A DNA stretch of 64,000 nucleotides. Source: an uncultured Bacteroidota bacterium. GTDB taxonomy: Bacteria; Bacteroidota; Bacteroidia; AKYH767-A; OLB10. Made by a program: the position numbers and the translations under genes. The number at the start of each line of letters is the position of its first letter. Position 1 is the stretch's first letter. The DNA lies in assembly GCA_903881665.1 (NCBI GenBank), contig CAIRUC010000025.1, positions 1,080 to 65,079 on the forward strand. Direction: 5' to 3'. Under the pieces are notes generated by a model. It was not told the DNA's origin. It searched no databases and saw nothing but the letters and a program-made list of their open reading frames with translations. This document shows, one piece after another, positions 8,810 to 18,017 of the stretch.

Positions 8810-11275
8810 TCAACGTATCATTTTTTTAATCACGTTTCCTTTTTTTGTTGTTAAATGTAAAAGGTATGTTCCATTTTCTATTCCTTCAGGCAGTGTAATT
8901 AACGATTCATTTGAAATTGAAAGATCAGCGATTTTACGGTCTGACATATCTGATAATATTGCCGACTCAACTCGAATTGGTCCAGATACATGTATACTAT
9001 TTCCTTCCATCGGATTCGGATAAATTAACCATTGATCTGCATTCAGTTCATCTATACCTGAAGTAATGTTAATGAACAATGTATCAGTTCCAGGTAATGC
9101 CGCAAGATCAACTCCATTTTCATCAATCAATTTTAGTTGTGCTCCTTGCAATGGCACTATCGTTGGCGTTGTATAATTTGAAGGAATTACGAAATTAATT
9201 TCTCCCAATTCACCGTATCCGCTAACACCTAAATGATCTGTCTTTACAATTGAAGAGGTAACACCCGTCGCTAAAATTCTATTTAATTTCATATACGATG
9301 TTGTTCCTCCGAGCACACTATTATTATAGTAGAATTTAATTGAATTCGATTTAATATACGATGCAGAAAGCGGTAAAAACCAACCTGATCCCAACAAATT
9401 TGAAAAGGGTTGAAGCATGGATCCGGCAATGACATGAATGCGCACTGTATCTCCGGCATGACAAGAATTTACTTGAGGGATGAAATGTATTTCTGGAGCT
9501 GTTTGCAAACGATCAACCCATTCAGGATTTTGCAATCCAATTAAACCGTAATTCTGAATGATCGCTAATGTATCATCCGCATTAATTGCACCATCGCCAT
9601 TGCAATCTATATGCGCCCGATCTTGTCCATTTGTTTGAAGAGGAATACCCCAAGCAGAAACGGGATGATCAGACCAAGCAATAGAAATGGTATCACGAGC
9701 ATAAGACGAGTCATTATAATTCACTCCAATCTGAATAAGATCATTCAAATCTACCACACCGTTATTATCTGTGTCACCGGGCCGTACAGTGAATGAAGGA
9801 ATCACACCATCGGTCCAACAAGTTTGCTCAAAAAAATAACTAAATTGACTTGTCACCGGATAAACGGCTGAAGAAGGATTCATATCATTACTTCCATCGA
9901 TACGAGAAGAAAACAATATTGATCCTGTTTTAGTGGATGACAATAAACTTCCGGCGGCCGTGGTAGTTGCTGAAGCGATAAGAACGCGCGCCCACCTAAA
10001 TTGCATTAGCGAATTGTAAGAGGCCACATATTCGGAAGAATAAGGAGAAGGATTACCATACATTTTATAAGTACCGAAAGAAGTAAAATCAAAATCAGCA
10101 GAATCACGAAATCCTCCTGTTATATATACTAGTCCGCGTTTATCAACCGTAACATCTCCAATTACATTTCCATAGCTCAAATTAGTTGAAGTTGCGCTAT
10201 AAAAACTTCCGGTATTTTGCATGTATTGCGCAATAAATTGGCCATTGGGAAAATAGTTCGAAAAAGCACTAGGATCTAAATCAATAGAAGCATTAGTGGA
10301 TCCGAATAGCAGCAATCTACCACCCGGCATCAAACACATTCGTATGGGCTGCGCTCCATAAACCGAAACGCCAGTAGTTAAATTTTTTGCCCATTGATAC
10401 ACTCCGAACGAATTATATTTTGCATAAAAAATATCGTATGATGCAGAACAAGTTAAATTGGCAGTACCAACACCTGGATCAAAATCGACAGTATTAATAT
10501 TACTAAAATACCCGGCAATATAAATATTATTGAGAGAGTCTATAACAACCTGATGTGACACTTCACTAATTGCTTTCGTTGAATTTAAAGAAAATGCCCA
10601 ATCCAATTGTAAAGCAGGAGTGTACTTCGCAACAATAATATCCGCACTAACCGATCCACCTACAGTAGTAACTCCCGCTCCAGGATCAACATCTCCTAGT
10701 CCATAGCCTGTAACTACAATGTTATCGTTATTATCGATTGCCATATCAGGATAATCGGTCGAAATTGTTTGATTGGTTATAAGTGGAAGATCAAAACAAG
10801 AGAGATAATTTCCGGCCGAATCATATCGTGCCAAAAAAATCTTTCCTGTTGATGGTGTATTAGCAACTCCGGTATCCGGATCCAAATCTATATTTCCAGC
10901 TTGATAACCTAATAGCAATATATTTCCACTTCTTTCGGGAAGAATTTTTATTCCAACATCTTTAGCGGTTCCGCCAATTGAAAACCCCCAACGGAACATA
11001 CCCATCGAGTCTAATGAGTAAACGAAAATATCTGTTTGTCCAACGGCTGTAATCGTTTGAACTGCAGGACTTGGATCAATATCCAATGACCCTTGAAAAT
11101 AACCTGTGTAAAATGAATTTCCTAGACTGTCTTGCACAATGGAATTGTAGACGCGATAATCTACAAGCATTTGCTCATCTGTAGTGGAGAATTTGAATAC
11201 AGGACTTTGTCCTAAAGAGTTCAAAGTAGTAAATAATATAACCACTAAAATATTTTTTCTAATGATACGAATCAT
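8810..11275 (-). CDS. secreted SBBP-like beta-propeller protein with dockerin-like Ca-binding repeats and T9SS type A CTD
   Basis: It has an N-terminal hydrophobic signal/anchor and repeated NIVVTGYG / NIYIAGYF / LVYITGGF propeller strands. Two D-x-[ND]-x-[DN]-G loops are present (DTDNNGVVDLND and DCNGDGAINADD, nt 9545-9781). The C-terminus is WLIYPNPMEGNSIHV...GTYLLHL. Confidence 0.65.
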   Translation of the reverse strand: MIRIIRKNILVVILFTTLNSLGQSPVFKFSTTDEQMLVDYRVYNSIVQDSLGNSFYTGYFQGSLDIDPSPAVQTITAVGQTDIFVYSLDSMGMFRWGFSIGGTAKDVGIKILPERSGNILLLGYQAGNIDLDPDTGVANTPSTGKIFLARYDSAGNYLSCFDLPLITNQTISTDYPDMAIDNNDNIVVTGYGLGDVDPGAGVTTVGGSVSADIIVAKYTPALQLDWAFSLNSTKAISEVSHQVVIDSLNNIYIAGYFSNINTVDFDPGVGTANLTCSASYDIFYAKYNSFGVYQWAKNLTTGVSVYGAQPIRMCLMPGGRLLLFGSTNASIDLDPSAFSNYFPNGQFIAQYMQNTGSFYSATSTNLSYGNVIGDVTVDKRGLVYITGGFRDSADFDFTSFGTYKMYGNPSPYSSEYVASYNSLMQFRWARVLIASATTTAAGSLLSSTKTGSILFSSRIDGSNDMNPSSAVYPVTSQFSYFFEQTCWTDGVIPSFTVRPGDTDNNGVVDLNDLIQIGVNYNDSSYARDTISIAWSDHPVSAWGIPLQTNGQDRAHIDCNGDGAINADDTLAIIQNYGLIGLQNPEWVDRLQTAPEIHFIPQVNSCHAGDTVRIHVIAGSMLQPFSNLLGSGWFLPLSASYIKSNSIKFYYNNSVLGGTTSYMKLNRILATGVTSSIVKTDHLGVSGYGELGEINFVIPSNYTTPTIVPLQGAQLKLIDENGVDLAALPGTDTLFINITSGIDELNADQWLIYPNPMEGNSIHVSGPIRVESAILSDMSDRKIADLSISNESLITLPEGIENGTYLLHLTTKKGNVIKKMIR

Positions 11276-11296
11276 TGTAAGTTTATTATATCAAAA

Positions 11297-11304
11297 CAAA
11301 AGTA
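11297..11304 (-). promoter_or_regulatory. candidate -7 promoter box (TACTTTTG) for the 8810-11275 gene
   Basis: The minus strand matches TAnnTTTG exactly, 21 nt upstream of the ATG. I could not see a -33 TTTG at the expected spacing. Confidence 0.3.
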
Positions 11305-11361
11305 ATTAAATTTTGAATAATTTGAAGCCATAAATTAGCTCCAATATCTTTACTTTGCAGT

Positions 11362-12660
11362 GTGAACCCATTGAATTACCAACAAACGCTGGATTACATG
11401 CTTTCAGCCCTACCTATGTTTCATCGTGTAGGTCAGGCTGCTTACAAAGCAAATCTCGATAATACTTATTTACTTTTAAACCTATTGGGTAATCCTGAAA
11501 AGGATTTGTCAAGTATTCATCTTGCAGGCACTAACGGAAAGGGATCTACGTCAAACATGCTTGCTTCGGTATTGCAAGAGCAAGGATATAAAACTGCACT
11601 TTACACCTCACCTCACCTTCGTGATTTCAGAGAACGCATTCGCGTGAATGGAGAACCGGTGAGCGAAGAATGGGTAAGTTCATTTGTATCAAAGTATAAG
11701 GATGATTTTGATCGCATTCAACCATCATTTTTCGAAATGACAACGGCAATGGCTTTCGCTTATTTTAAAGAAATGAAAGTCGATATTGCGGTGATAGAAA
11801 CGGGATTAGGAGGGCGATTGGATTCGACCAATGTTATACAACCAAAAGTTTCTATTATCACCAATATCGGTTGGGACCATATGCATTTATTGGGAAATAC
11901 GCTTCAAGAAATTGCGACTGAAAAAGCAGGTATAATTAAGAAGGATGTACCAGTAATTGTAAGTGAGACACAAAACGAAGTGAAAGAAGTATTTCAAGAA
12001 AGAGCAAAATCAGTAGGAACGGAATTGTATTTCGCCGATAACGAATGGAGCTGCAAATCAGAGCACTATCACCCTTTAGCTGATTACATGATAGTTGAAG
12101 CGAAGAGTAAAATAAAATCCGCTTTTGAAATAATAAGCGACCTAACAGGCACCTATCAATTAAAAAACATGGCTGCTGTAATTACTTGTGTCGATTTACT
12201 TAACAAACAATATTTCGCAGTATCGCACGAAGCATTGCTGAAAGGATTGTTAAACGTAAAGAAAAACACAGGATTCAAGGGACGTTGGACTATTTTGCAG
12301 AAAAACCCTGTGGTACTTTGCGATACTGCACATAACGTTGACGGGTTAACGCAAATAATGCCAATATTAAAATCATTAGAAAAAGATAAATTGCATATTG
12401 TTATTGGGATGGTTGAAGACAAAGAAGTAAGCAAGGTTTTTGACTTATTTCCTTCAGACGCTATTTATTATTTTTGCAAAGCGAATATTCCCCGGGGAAT
12501 GGATGCCCATTTATTGCAATCAAATGCCGCTGCATTTAATCTAAAAGGCGAAGCGTATGCGAGTGTAGCATTAGCACTTAATGCAGCGAAAGAAAACGCT
12601 ACGAACAAGGATTTAATATTTGTTGGAGGGAGTACGTTTACGGTGGCGGAGGTGGTTTGA
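11362..12660 (+). CDS. folC: bifunctional folylpolyglutamate synthase / dihydrofolate synthase
   Basis: It shows the Mur-ligase-type P-loop HLAGTNGKGST, followed by ...LYTSPHLRDFRERI... and ...ETGLGGRLDSTNV..., which are typical of FolC. The start codon is GTG. Confidence 0.9.
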   Translation: MNPLNYQQTLDYMLSALPMFHRVGQAAYKANLDNTYLLLNLLGNPEKDLSSIHLAGTNGKGSTSNMLASVLQEQGYKTALYTSPHLRDFRERIRVNGEPVSEEWVSSFVSKYKDDFDRIQPSFFEMTTAMAFAYFKEMKVDIAVIETGLGGRLDSTNVIQPKVSIITNIGWDHMHLLGNTLQEIATEKAGIIKKDVPVIVSETQNEVKEVFQERAKSVGTELYFADNEWSCKSEHYHPLADYMIVEAKSKIKSAFEIISDLTGTYQLKNMAAVITCVDLLNKQYFAVSHEALLKGLLNVKKNTGFKGRWTILQKNPVVLCDTAHNVDGLTQIMPILKSLEKDKLHIVIGMVEDKEVSKVFDLFPSDAIYYFCKANIPRGMDAHLLQSNAAAFNLKGEAYASVALALNAAKENATNKDLIFVGGSTFTVAEVV

Positions 12661-12820
12661 AGAGGGTTTACGGTTTGGAGTTCGCTAAGCGAATTGGGCT
12701 ACCGCACGGGAATTCGTCGATGAATTTGAATGTGAATCATGTTCCTTACAAAATAGCAAGATCGAAATCTCGATCACACCGAAATAACTTATAACACCCT
12801 GAACCTGGGGTGGGGAATAT

Positions 12821-13441
12821 TCAAATTATCTCATCTTGAAATTGAACTATTGTTCGAAACGTCAAATTCACTCTTGCTTCCATCCGCATTTTTGTTTGAG
12901 GTAAGCGATGCAACCAATTTTTCTGAGTAGCTCCTTGCATAACTAATAAACTTCCGTGCTCTAAGATGACGGAAATTGTAGACAAGTTATTTTCTTTTGC
13001 TTTTTTATGTCGGAATAAAAAATTTCGCTGAGCTCCGAAGCTAAGACTAGCAATGGCGCCTTCCTTTTTCAACATTTTTTCATCATCGCTATGATATGCC
13101 ATTCCTTCTTCGTTGTTGTGATACAAATTCAACAAACATGAATTATAAGTGCTGCCCGATTTTTCTTCTGCGATTTTTTTCAACGCTAACAATTCGCTAG
13201 ACCATGGTAATGCGTACTTCGTTAACTTCGAATACGTATACGAAAATGGCTGATCACCATACCAAGCAACTTTCCTTTTCGTGATAATATGCTTACCCAA
13301 AATAAAAGCTTCGTCGTTTTTCCATTCGATTGAATTCAATAGACGCTCGAGGTAAAAATCCGCATCCTTCTCGGAAAACACTTTGCCGAAATAGAACACT
13401 TCACCGTCGGAAGGAAGTAAATTTAGATTGGGGAAGTGCAA
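12821..13441 (-). CDS. alkB: alpha-ketoglutarate-dependent dioxygenase AlkB (DNA/RNA alkylation repair)
   Basis: The N-terminus NLLPSDGEVFYFGKVF resembles AlkB N-termini. The 2OG-Fe(II) core is present (...NLYHNNEEGMAYHSDDE...HGSLLVMQGATQKNWLHRLP...RVNLTFR). The only start in the ORF is TTG at 13441. Confidence 0.85.
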   Translation of the reverse strand: MHFPNLNLLPSDGEVFYFGKVFSEKDADFYLERLLNSIEWKNDEAFILGKHIITKRKVAWYGDQPFSYTYSKLTKYALPWSSELLALKKIAEEKSGSTYNSCLLNLYHNNEEGMAYHSDDEKMLKKEGAIASLSFGAQRNFLFRHKKAKENNLSTISVILEHGSLLVMQGATQKNWLHRLPQTKMRMEARVNLTFRTIVQFQDEII

Positions 13442-13465
13442 GGAATTAATTTTGGATTATGATTC

Positions 13466-13479
13466 TTGAATTTGGCACC
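13466..13479 (+). repeat. copy 1 of an exact 14-bp direct repeat, TTGAATTTGGCACC
   Basis: An identical 14-mer recurs 236 bp downstream at 13702-13715. Both copies lie in a gap without a convincing gene. Confidence 0.8.
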
Positions 13480-13701
13480 CATTGGTTTCTTCAAGCCTAA
13501 CGAGATTCATTTAAACGCGGCGGACGCTATGACAAGGATTTGTTGTGCGTTATGCTACGGATGCATTTTGCGGGCGCGGGGAATTGCTACGCAATTTTTT
13601 TCACCCATCACCTTCTTCAACAAAAAGTAAACCCTGACTGCGGTCGCTACTAAGTCGGAGTAATACGTAAATATACCTTTTTCGCTGTTATTTAAGGAAT
13701 A

Positions 13702-13715
13702 TTGAATTTGGCACC
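13702..13715 (+). repeat. copy 2 of the exact 14-bp direct repeat, TTGAATTTGGCACC
   Basis: Identical to 13466-13479. Confidence 0.8.
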
Positions 13716-13836
13716 AATGAATCTCTTCATTTGAAACAAAATCTACCTGCATCAAGCATCGTTCATCATGCATCCTTTTCCTATCCATTTTGCTCACGTT
13801 TCATACCTGGCAAAATCTTATAACGAACCATGGGGG

Positions 13837-13868
13837 CATTAGCACATTAGCAGACTAGCACAATAGCA
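13837..13868. repeat. four tandem 8-bp units with core TAGCA (CATTAGCA CATTAGCA GACTAGCA CAATAGCA)
   Basis: Read directly from the sequence. The array ends 8 nt from the stop codon of the 13877-14395 gene, so it falls in that gene's 3' UTR on the minus strand. Confidence 0.75.
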
Positions 13869-13876
13869 AATTAAAT

Positions 13877-14395
13877 TCATTTTTCCTCAAACCACCCCGA
13901 ATACATTACATAATTATCGGCGATGCCTTCTATTAGTCTTTTTACTTGTTCGGGATCGATAGTTTTTACTTTTTTGGCCGGGACACCTGCGTAGATGCTG
14001 CCTGATTCTACGTGCGTATTTTCGAGTAGGACTGCACCTGCAGCGATGATAGAATTTGATTCTACAACGCAGTGATCCATAACAATAGAACCCATGCCTA
14101 CTAATACATTATCGTGAATTGTACATCCATGCACTAACGCGTTATGTCCTACCGAGACATTATTCCCTATTACCGTTGCAGCTTTTTTATAGGTACAATG
14201 AATTACTGCTCCATCTTGAATATTCACTTTATTTCCCATTGTGATGGTATGCACATCTCCGCGAACCACAGCGTTAAACCATACGCTACATTGGTCGCCC
14301 ATTGTTACTTGTCCTACTACAGTTGCATTCTCCGCTAAATAACAATCGTTACCAAAAACAGGTGATATTCCGTGAACAGATTTAATTAATGCCAT
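13877..14395 (-). CDS. gamma-carbonic-anhydrase-like / hexapeptide-repeat (LbH) family protein (YrdA/PaaY-like)
   Basis: Left-handed beta-helix hexapeptide repeats run throughout (...VGQVTMGDQCSVWFNAVVRGD...IGNNVSVGHNALVHGC...). The length of 172 aa is typical of the family. Confidence 0.85.
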   Translation of the reverse strand: MALIKSVHGISPVFGNDCYLAENATVVGQVTMGDQCSVWFNAVVRGDVHTITMGNKVNIQDGAVIHCTYKKAATVIGNNVSVGHNALVHGCTIHDNVLVGMGSIVMDHCVVESNSIIAAGAVLLENTHVESGSIYAGVPAKKVKTIDPEQVKRLIEGIADNYVMYSGWFEEK

Positions 14396-14421
14396 AATTT
14401 ATTTTTTTTCAAATATACTCA

Positions 14422-14931
14422 TCATTTTATTTTGCGAAAGATTTCATACTGAACAGATGGTTGATCGTGAAGCCTAGTTTCTTTACAAAATTGCATTCCG
14501 ATTTTTTGCATCACTTTTATCGATGCTCCATTCTCTTTAACAGCATTCGCTACGATTCGTTCAAGTTGCAGCGTGTTAAATCCATATTCCAGACACCCTA
14601 ACGATGTTTCGGTAGCGAAACCTTCATTCCTATGCTGAATAAGAAAACGATAACCTAAATCAACTTCTTCAAGATCTGGATGATATTTAAGTCCGCACCA
14701 GCCTAATAATTTCCCGTCCGATTTTCTCTCAACTCCCCATCGTCCCATGTTATGCAATTTTCGGTAGTCGTAATTCTCCAAGAAAGTCCTTGCTTCTTCT
14801 ATTGATGCAAAAGGTCCATCGCCTGTATATTTAAGTAGCAATGGATCTAAATTGAGTTCAAAAGCAAACGCTGCATCTTCAGGAGTAAGCTCTCTGAGGA
14901 TGCAGCGTTCGGTAAATAGTATTTCTTTCAT
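14422..14931 (-). CDS. GNAT family N-acetyltransferase (RimJ/RimL-like)
   Basis: The pattern ERCILRELTPEDA...WGVERKSDGKLLGWCGL...GYRFLIQHRNEGFATE...NGASIKVMQKIGM matches the Acetyltransf_3/RimJ-type fold. Confidence 0.8.
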   Translation of the reverse strand: MKEILFTERCILRELTPEDAAFAFELNLDPLLLKYTGDGPFASIEEARTFLENYDYRKLHNMGRWGVERKSDGKLLGWCGLKYHPDLEEVDLGYRFLIQHRNEGFATETSLGCLEYGFNTLQLERIVANAVKENGASIKVMQKIGMQFCKETRLHDQPSVQYEIFRKIK

Positions 14932-14992
14932 TGCAGAGATGAACTAACTGCAATATTATAAAAACTCATCTACGATTTTTGAGTTTACATTT

Positions 14993-17827
14993 TTATAATT
15001 TCTGAATAGTTCCTGCGGCAGCACCTTGCGCTGAACTTAAACGGAAGTGATAAATTCCGTTCGCGTATTTTGAAACGTCTAATGTAATTTGGTTTTCACC
15101 TGCAACAACAGCAGTTAACTTACGTGATTCTAATACGCGTCCCATGTTATCTACTACTTCTAATAGTACAGGAGAAACAGTACGTAAGTAGAAAGGAATA
15201 ATTACTTGGCTTTTCGCAGGATTAGGATAAGCATTTGAAGTAATGATAGCACCATTGTTTTCTTTAATGGCTGTCATTAAATCATATTTTATCTGTGCTT
15301 GCGTTGCGCTATTCTGAATATCGCCTAATTCATTTCCTGCGATCAAAGCGAATGCAACAGTTACTGAATCGTTAGTAGTTAACGTAAACGGACCTGTTCC
15401 AACAACATCAATTACATCGTTCCCTGTTCCTGTTCCGCCTGCCGTTGCACGAGGAGTTGAAAGAGCTGTGAATTTCTCTGTATCATCGAATCCATTCGAT
15501 AAATCTAATCCACCACCACCGGTAATATTATCAATAGCATAGTGATTAAATCCGCCTACACTAGTAAGCAATTTAATTCCTGCATATAATCCGCCAGCGT
15601 CAGTGCACCAAGCATATCCCATTTTCAATCCAGCATCTTCGTCTACTTTATTGTTAGCATACGTTTGAATATCCCAGTCAGAAACAATACCTGCCCAAAG
15701 ATTACTTAAAGTATTGGCGCTTGTATTTTTTATAGTGTATTCGAAAATATGGTATTTCGAATCAGGGGCACTGATCCAAGAAGCAGAACGATGCGAAACA
15801 GTTACATGTTGAGAAACCGGAGCTATATTATCATTGAATCTTCCGTAGGTATCAAAATCAGACCAAATCGGAGGATCATTCTTTTGAATTGTTTGCACGG
15901 ATGTAAAATCATCATCTGTTGCTCCTGCAGTTGCACCACGGAAATTATCAGAGACACCAGAAGCTGTTCCTACCATAAATCCTGTTTCATACGCTAATGT
16001 ACCATTGCTTTGATAATCGAAGCCTAATCCGTCAGCTTGAGAAACACTATTATAGCATAATCTTCCTTTGCTAGTATTTGTAGTGAATACATCATTCATC
16101 GTGATGTTCAAATAGTCAACGTTTACAGTTTCTTTAAATACCTGAAATGCAGTATATGTTCCATCCGTAAATGTTAACTTAAAAGTAATAACCGTATTTT
16201 GCGGAGCATTTGCATTAATTTTTACAGTAAAAGGATCCGCAATATTATTTGTTGTAGCCATTGTTCCAAGCACTCCAACCGTTGTTGATCCATCAAGAAT
16301 AGTAACAAAAGTTGATGTTGTTGTAAGTGTAACACCTAATGCAGTTGTTGCTGAAAGGTAATTAGTAAAATCTCCTGTAATGTTTAACGTATCATTTACA
16401 ACAAAAACATTATCGTTGTTATCAACTACAGTTAAATTATTTGCACGTACGGAAGGACCGCTATTAAGAAGTGCATTATAAAGGTTAACACGTCCACTTC
16501 CTAGCTGACTTTGATATCCACTATTAGCAGAAACACCGTAAATATTATCGGCAGTAATTCTTAATTGCTCTCCAATTTGCAATGCGTTGAACGATGGATT
16601 TTGTGATTTCACGATAGCTGCACATCCCGCTACAATCGGAGATGCCATTGAAGTTCCGCTATAACTAACATAAGAGTTATCGTAAACGGTTGAGTAAATA
16701 TTGTTACCCGGAGCACATACATCAATGTATGATCCATAGTTTGAGAAACTAGCCTTTGAATCGTTGGTATTTGTTGCCGCAACACAAAAAGCATTGTTAT
16801 ACGCAGCTGGAAAAAATTCGATACTTGAATTATTATTTCCAGCAGCAACAACAACTAAACTATTCTTATTGTTTGTTGCATAGTCAATAACTTGTTGACC
16901 GAAAGATCCTCCTCCTGCACCACCCCATGAGCAGTTGATGATTTGACATCCTGCATCCGCAGCATAAGTAATTCCTTCATATGCTTTCGTTAATGCACCC
17001 GTTGCATCAGCAATTTTTACAGGCATAAATTTGCATTTGAATCCTGGACCTGCAACCCCTACTCCATTGTCGGTAACAGCATCTGCACAACCTGAAACGT
17101 GACTACCATGATCGCATGTTCCACACGTTCCTACTTGAGCATCATTGTCGTTTTCGCCAACATCCCATCCGGAGAAATTATCAATATACCCATCGTTATC
17201 ATCATCCATTCCGTTAATCGGATCAGCATAATTATGCTTAAGGTTTGCTGCTAAATCGGGATGGTCGGTATCGGTGCCCGTATCGGTAATTCCAATGACT
17301 ACATTGGTATCTCCTTTTTGAATTCCCCATGCATCGAATAGTTTTACTTTTGCAAGAAACCATTGCGTCGACTGTTGTGGATCGTTTGGATTATAAGCGG
17401 TAACTTTCGGCAAAAACTTTGGCTCCGCAAATTCAAGAGCACCCGTATTCAACAAAGCATTAATCAATTTAATGATATCTATATCAGATTTATAATGCAT
17501 TTCATAAATCAAACTTAAATCCACTAATTTCATTCCGTATTCGTTTTTTTCACGAGCAGGTTTTTGATGACGTGGAAAAATTTTATGAATATCTACTTGT
17601 CCTATGCTCGTTAATAAATGCTGCACAGAAGGAATATTCACATTTTCATTACTGCATTGCCCACGGTACAGATCTTTTACTTTCAGTACGATGGTTTTCG
17701 CGATGTAATCATCGGCAGTTACATTTACGGGCATTTGGTAGCGACTCCCGCTCACCGGATTTCCAGCAAATAATAGGTTCGTAGACAGCACAAGAATGGC
17801 TGCCAGCAGTTGTAAAGATTTTCGCAT
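14993..17827 (-). CDS. S8 (subtilisin) family serine peptidase with T9SS type A CTD
   Basis: The catalytic triad contexts are GITDTGTDTDHPDL (Asp), HGSHVSGCA (His) and GTSMASPIVAG (Ser). The C-terminus is AYPNPAKSQVIIPF...GIYHFRL. I place the start at ATG 17827 (MRKSLQLLAAILVLSTNLLFA signal peptide) rather than the track start 17902. Confidence 0.85.
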   Translation of the reverse strand: MRKSLQLLAAILVLSTNLLFAGNPVSGSRYQMPVNVTADDYIAKTIVLKVKDLYRGQCSNENVNIPSVQHLLTSIGQVDIHKIFPRHQKPAREKNEYGMKLVDLSLIYEMHYKSDIDIIKLINALLNTGALEFAEPKFLPKVTAYNPNDPQQSTQWFLAKVKLFDAWGIQKGDTNVVIGITDTGTDTDHPDLAANLKHNYADPINGMDDDNDGYIDNFSGWDVGENDNDAQVGTCGTCDHGSHVSGCADAVTDNGVGVAGPGFKCKFMPVKIADATGALTKAYEGITYAADAGCQIINCSWGGAGGGSFGQQVIDYATNNKNSLVVVAAGNNNSSIEFFPAAYNNAFCVAATNTNDSKASFSNYGSYIDVCAPGNNIYSTVYDNSYVSYSGTSMASPIVAGCAAIVKSQNPSFNALQIGEQLRITADNIYGVSANSGYQSQLGSGRVNLYNALLNSGPSVRANNLTVVDNNDNVFVVNDTLNITGDFTNYLSATTALGVTLTTTSTFVTILDGSTTVGVLGTMATTNNIADPFTVKINANAPQNTVITFKLTFTDGTYTAFQVFKETVNVDYLNITMNDVFTTNTSKGRLCYNSVSQADGLGFDYQSNGTLAYETGFMVGTASGVSDNFRGATAGATDDDFTSVQTIQKNDPPIWSDFDTYGRFNDNIAPVSQHVTVSHRSASWISAPDSKYHIFEYTIKNTSANTLSNLWAGIVSDWDIQTYANNKVDEDAGLKMGYAWCTDAGGLYAGIKLLTSVGGFNHYAIDNITGGGGLDLSNGFDDTEKFTALSTPRATAGGTGTGNDVIDVVGTGPFTLTTNDSVTVAFALIAGNELGDIQNSATQAQIKYDLMTAIKENNGAIITSNAYPNPAKSQVIIPFYLRTVSPVLLEVVDNMGRVLESRKLTAVVAGENQITLDVSKYANGIYHFRLSSAQGAAAGTIQKL

Positions 17828-18017
17828 AATTTGTATTGGTTCGTGCATCACGAAGATAGAATTTATCATTGTATCTGCCAAGATGCAACAAAAAAGTATC
17901 AACGAATTAACCCATTCCTTACCGGTATTTCTCCCTTTTATTACTTTTCGGATTTACATTCTTCTTAAAAATCAATGTTTTCGATGATAAGTACATAAAT
18001 ATTAACTCCCCATCCAT

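Noticed and set aside
13474-13490. TGGCAC in the repeated 14-mer read as a sigma-54 -24 element
   Set aside because: The -12 TTGC element is missing at the required spacing in both copies (TGGCAC-CCATT-GGTT and TGGCAC-CAATG-AATC).
13555-13797. 80-aa ORF in the alkB/LbH-gene gap
   Set aside because: It has no recognisable motif and an odd composition, and it spans the repeated 14-mer. I treat the region as non-coding or regulatory (see finding), but a small protein cannot be excluded.
17828-17902. Longer N-terminal extensions offered by the ORF track (17902 for the S8 peptidase, 58691 for the giant adhesin, 2107 for the MFS transporter)
   Set aside because: Internal ATGs give textbook signal peptides or native-looking N-termini, and the extensions look like translated upstream spacer.
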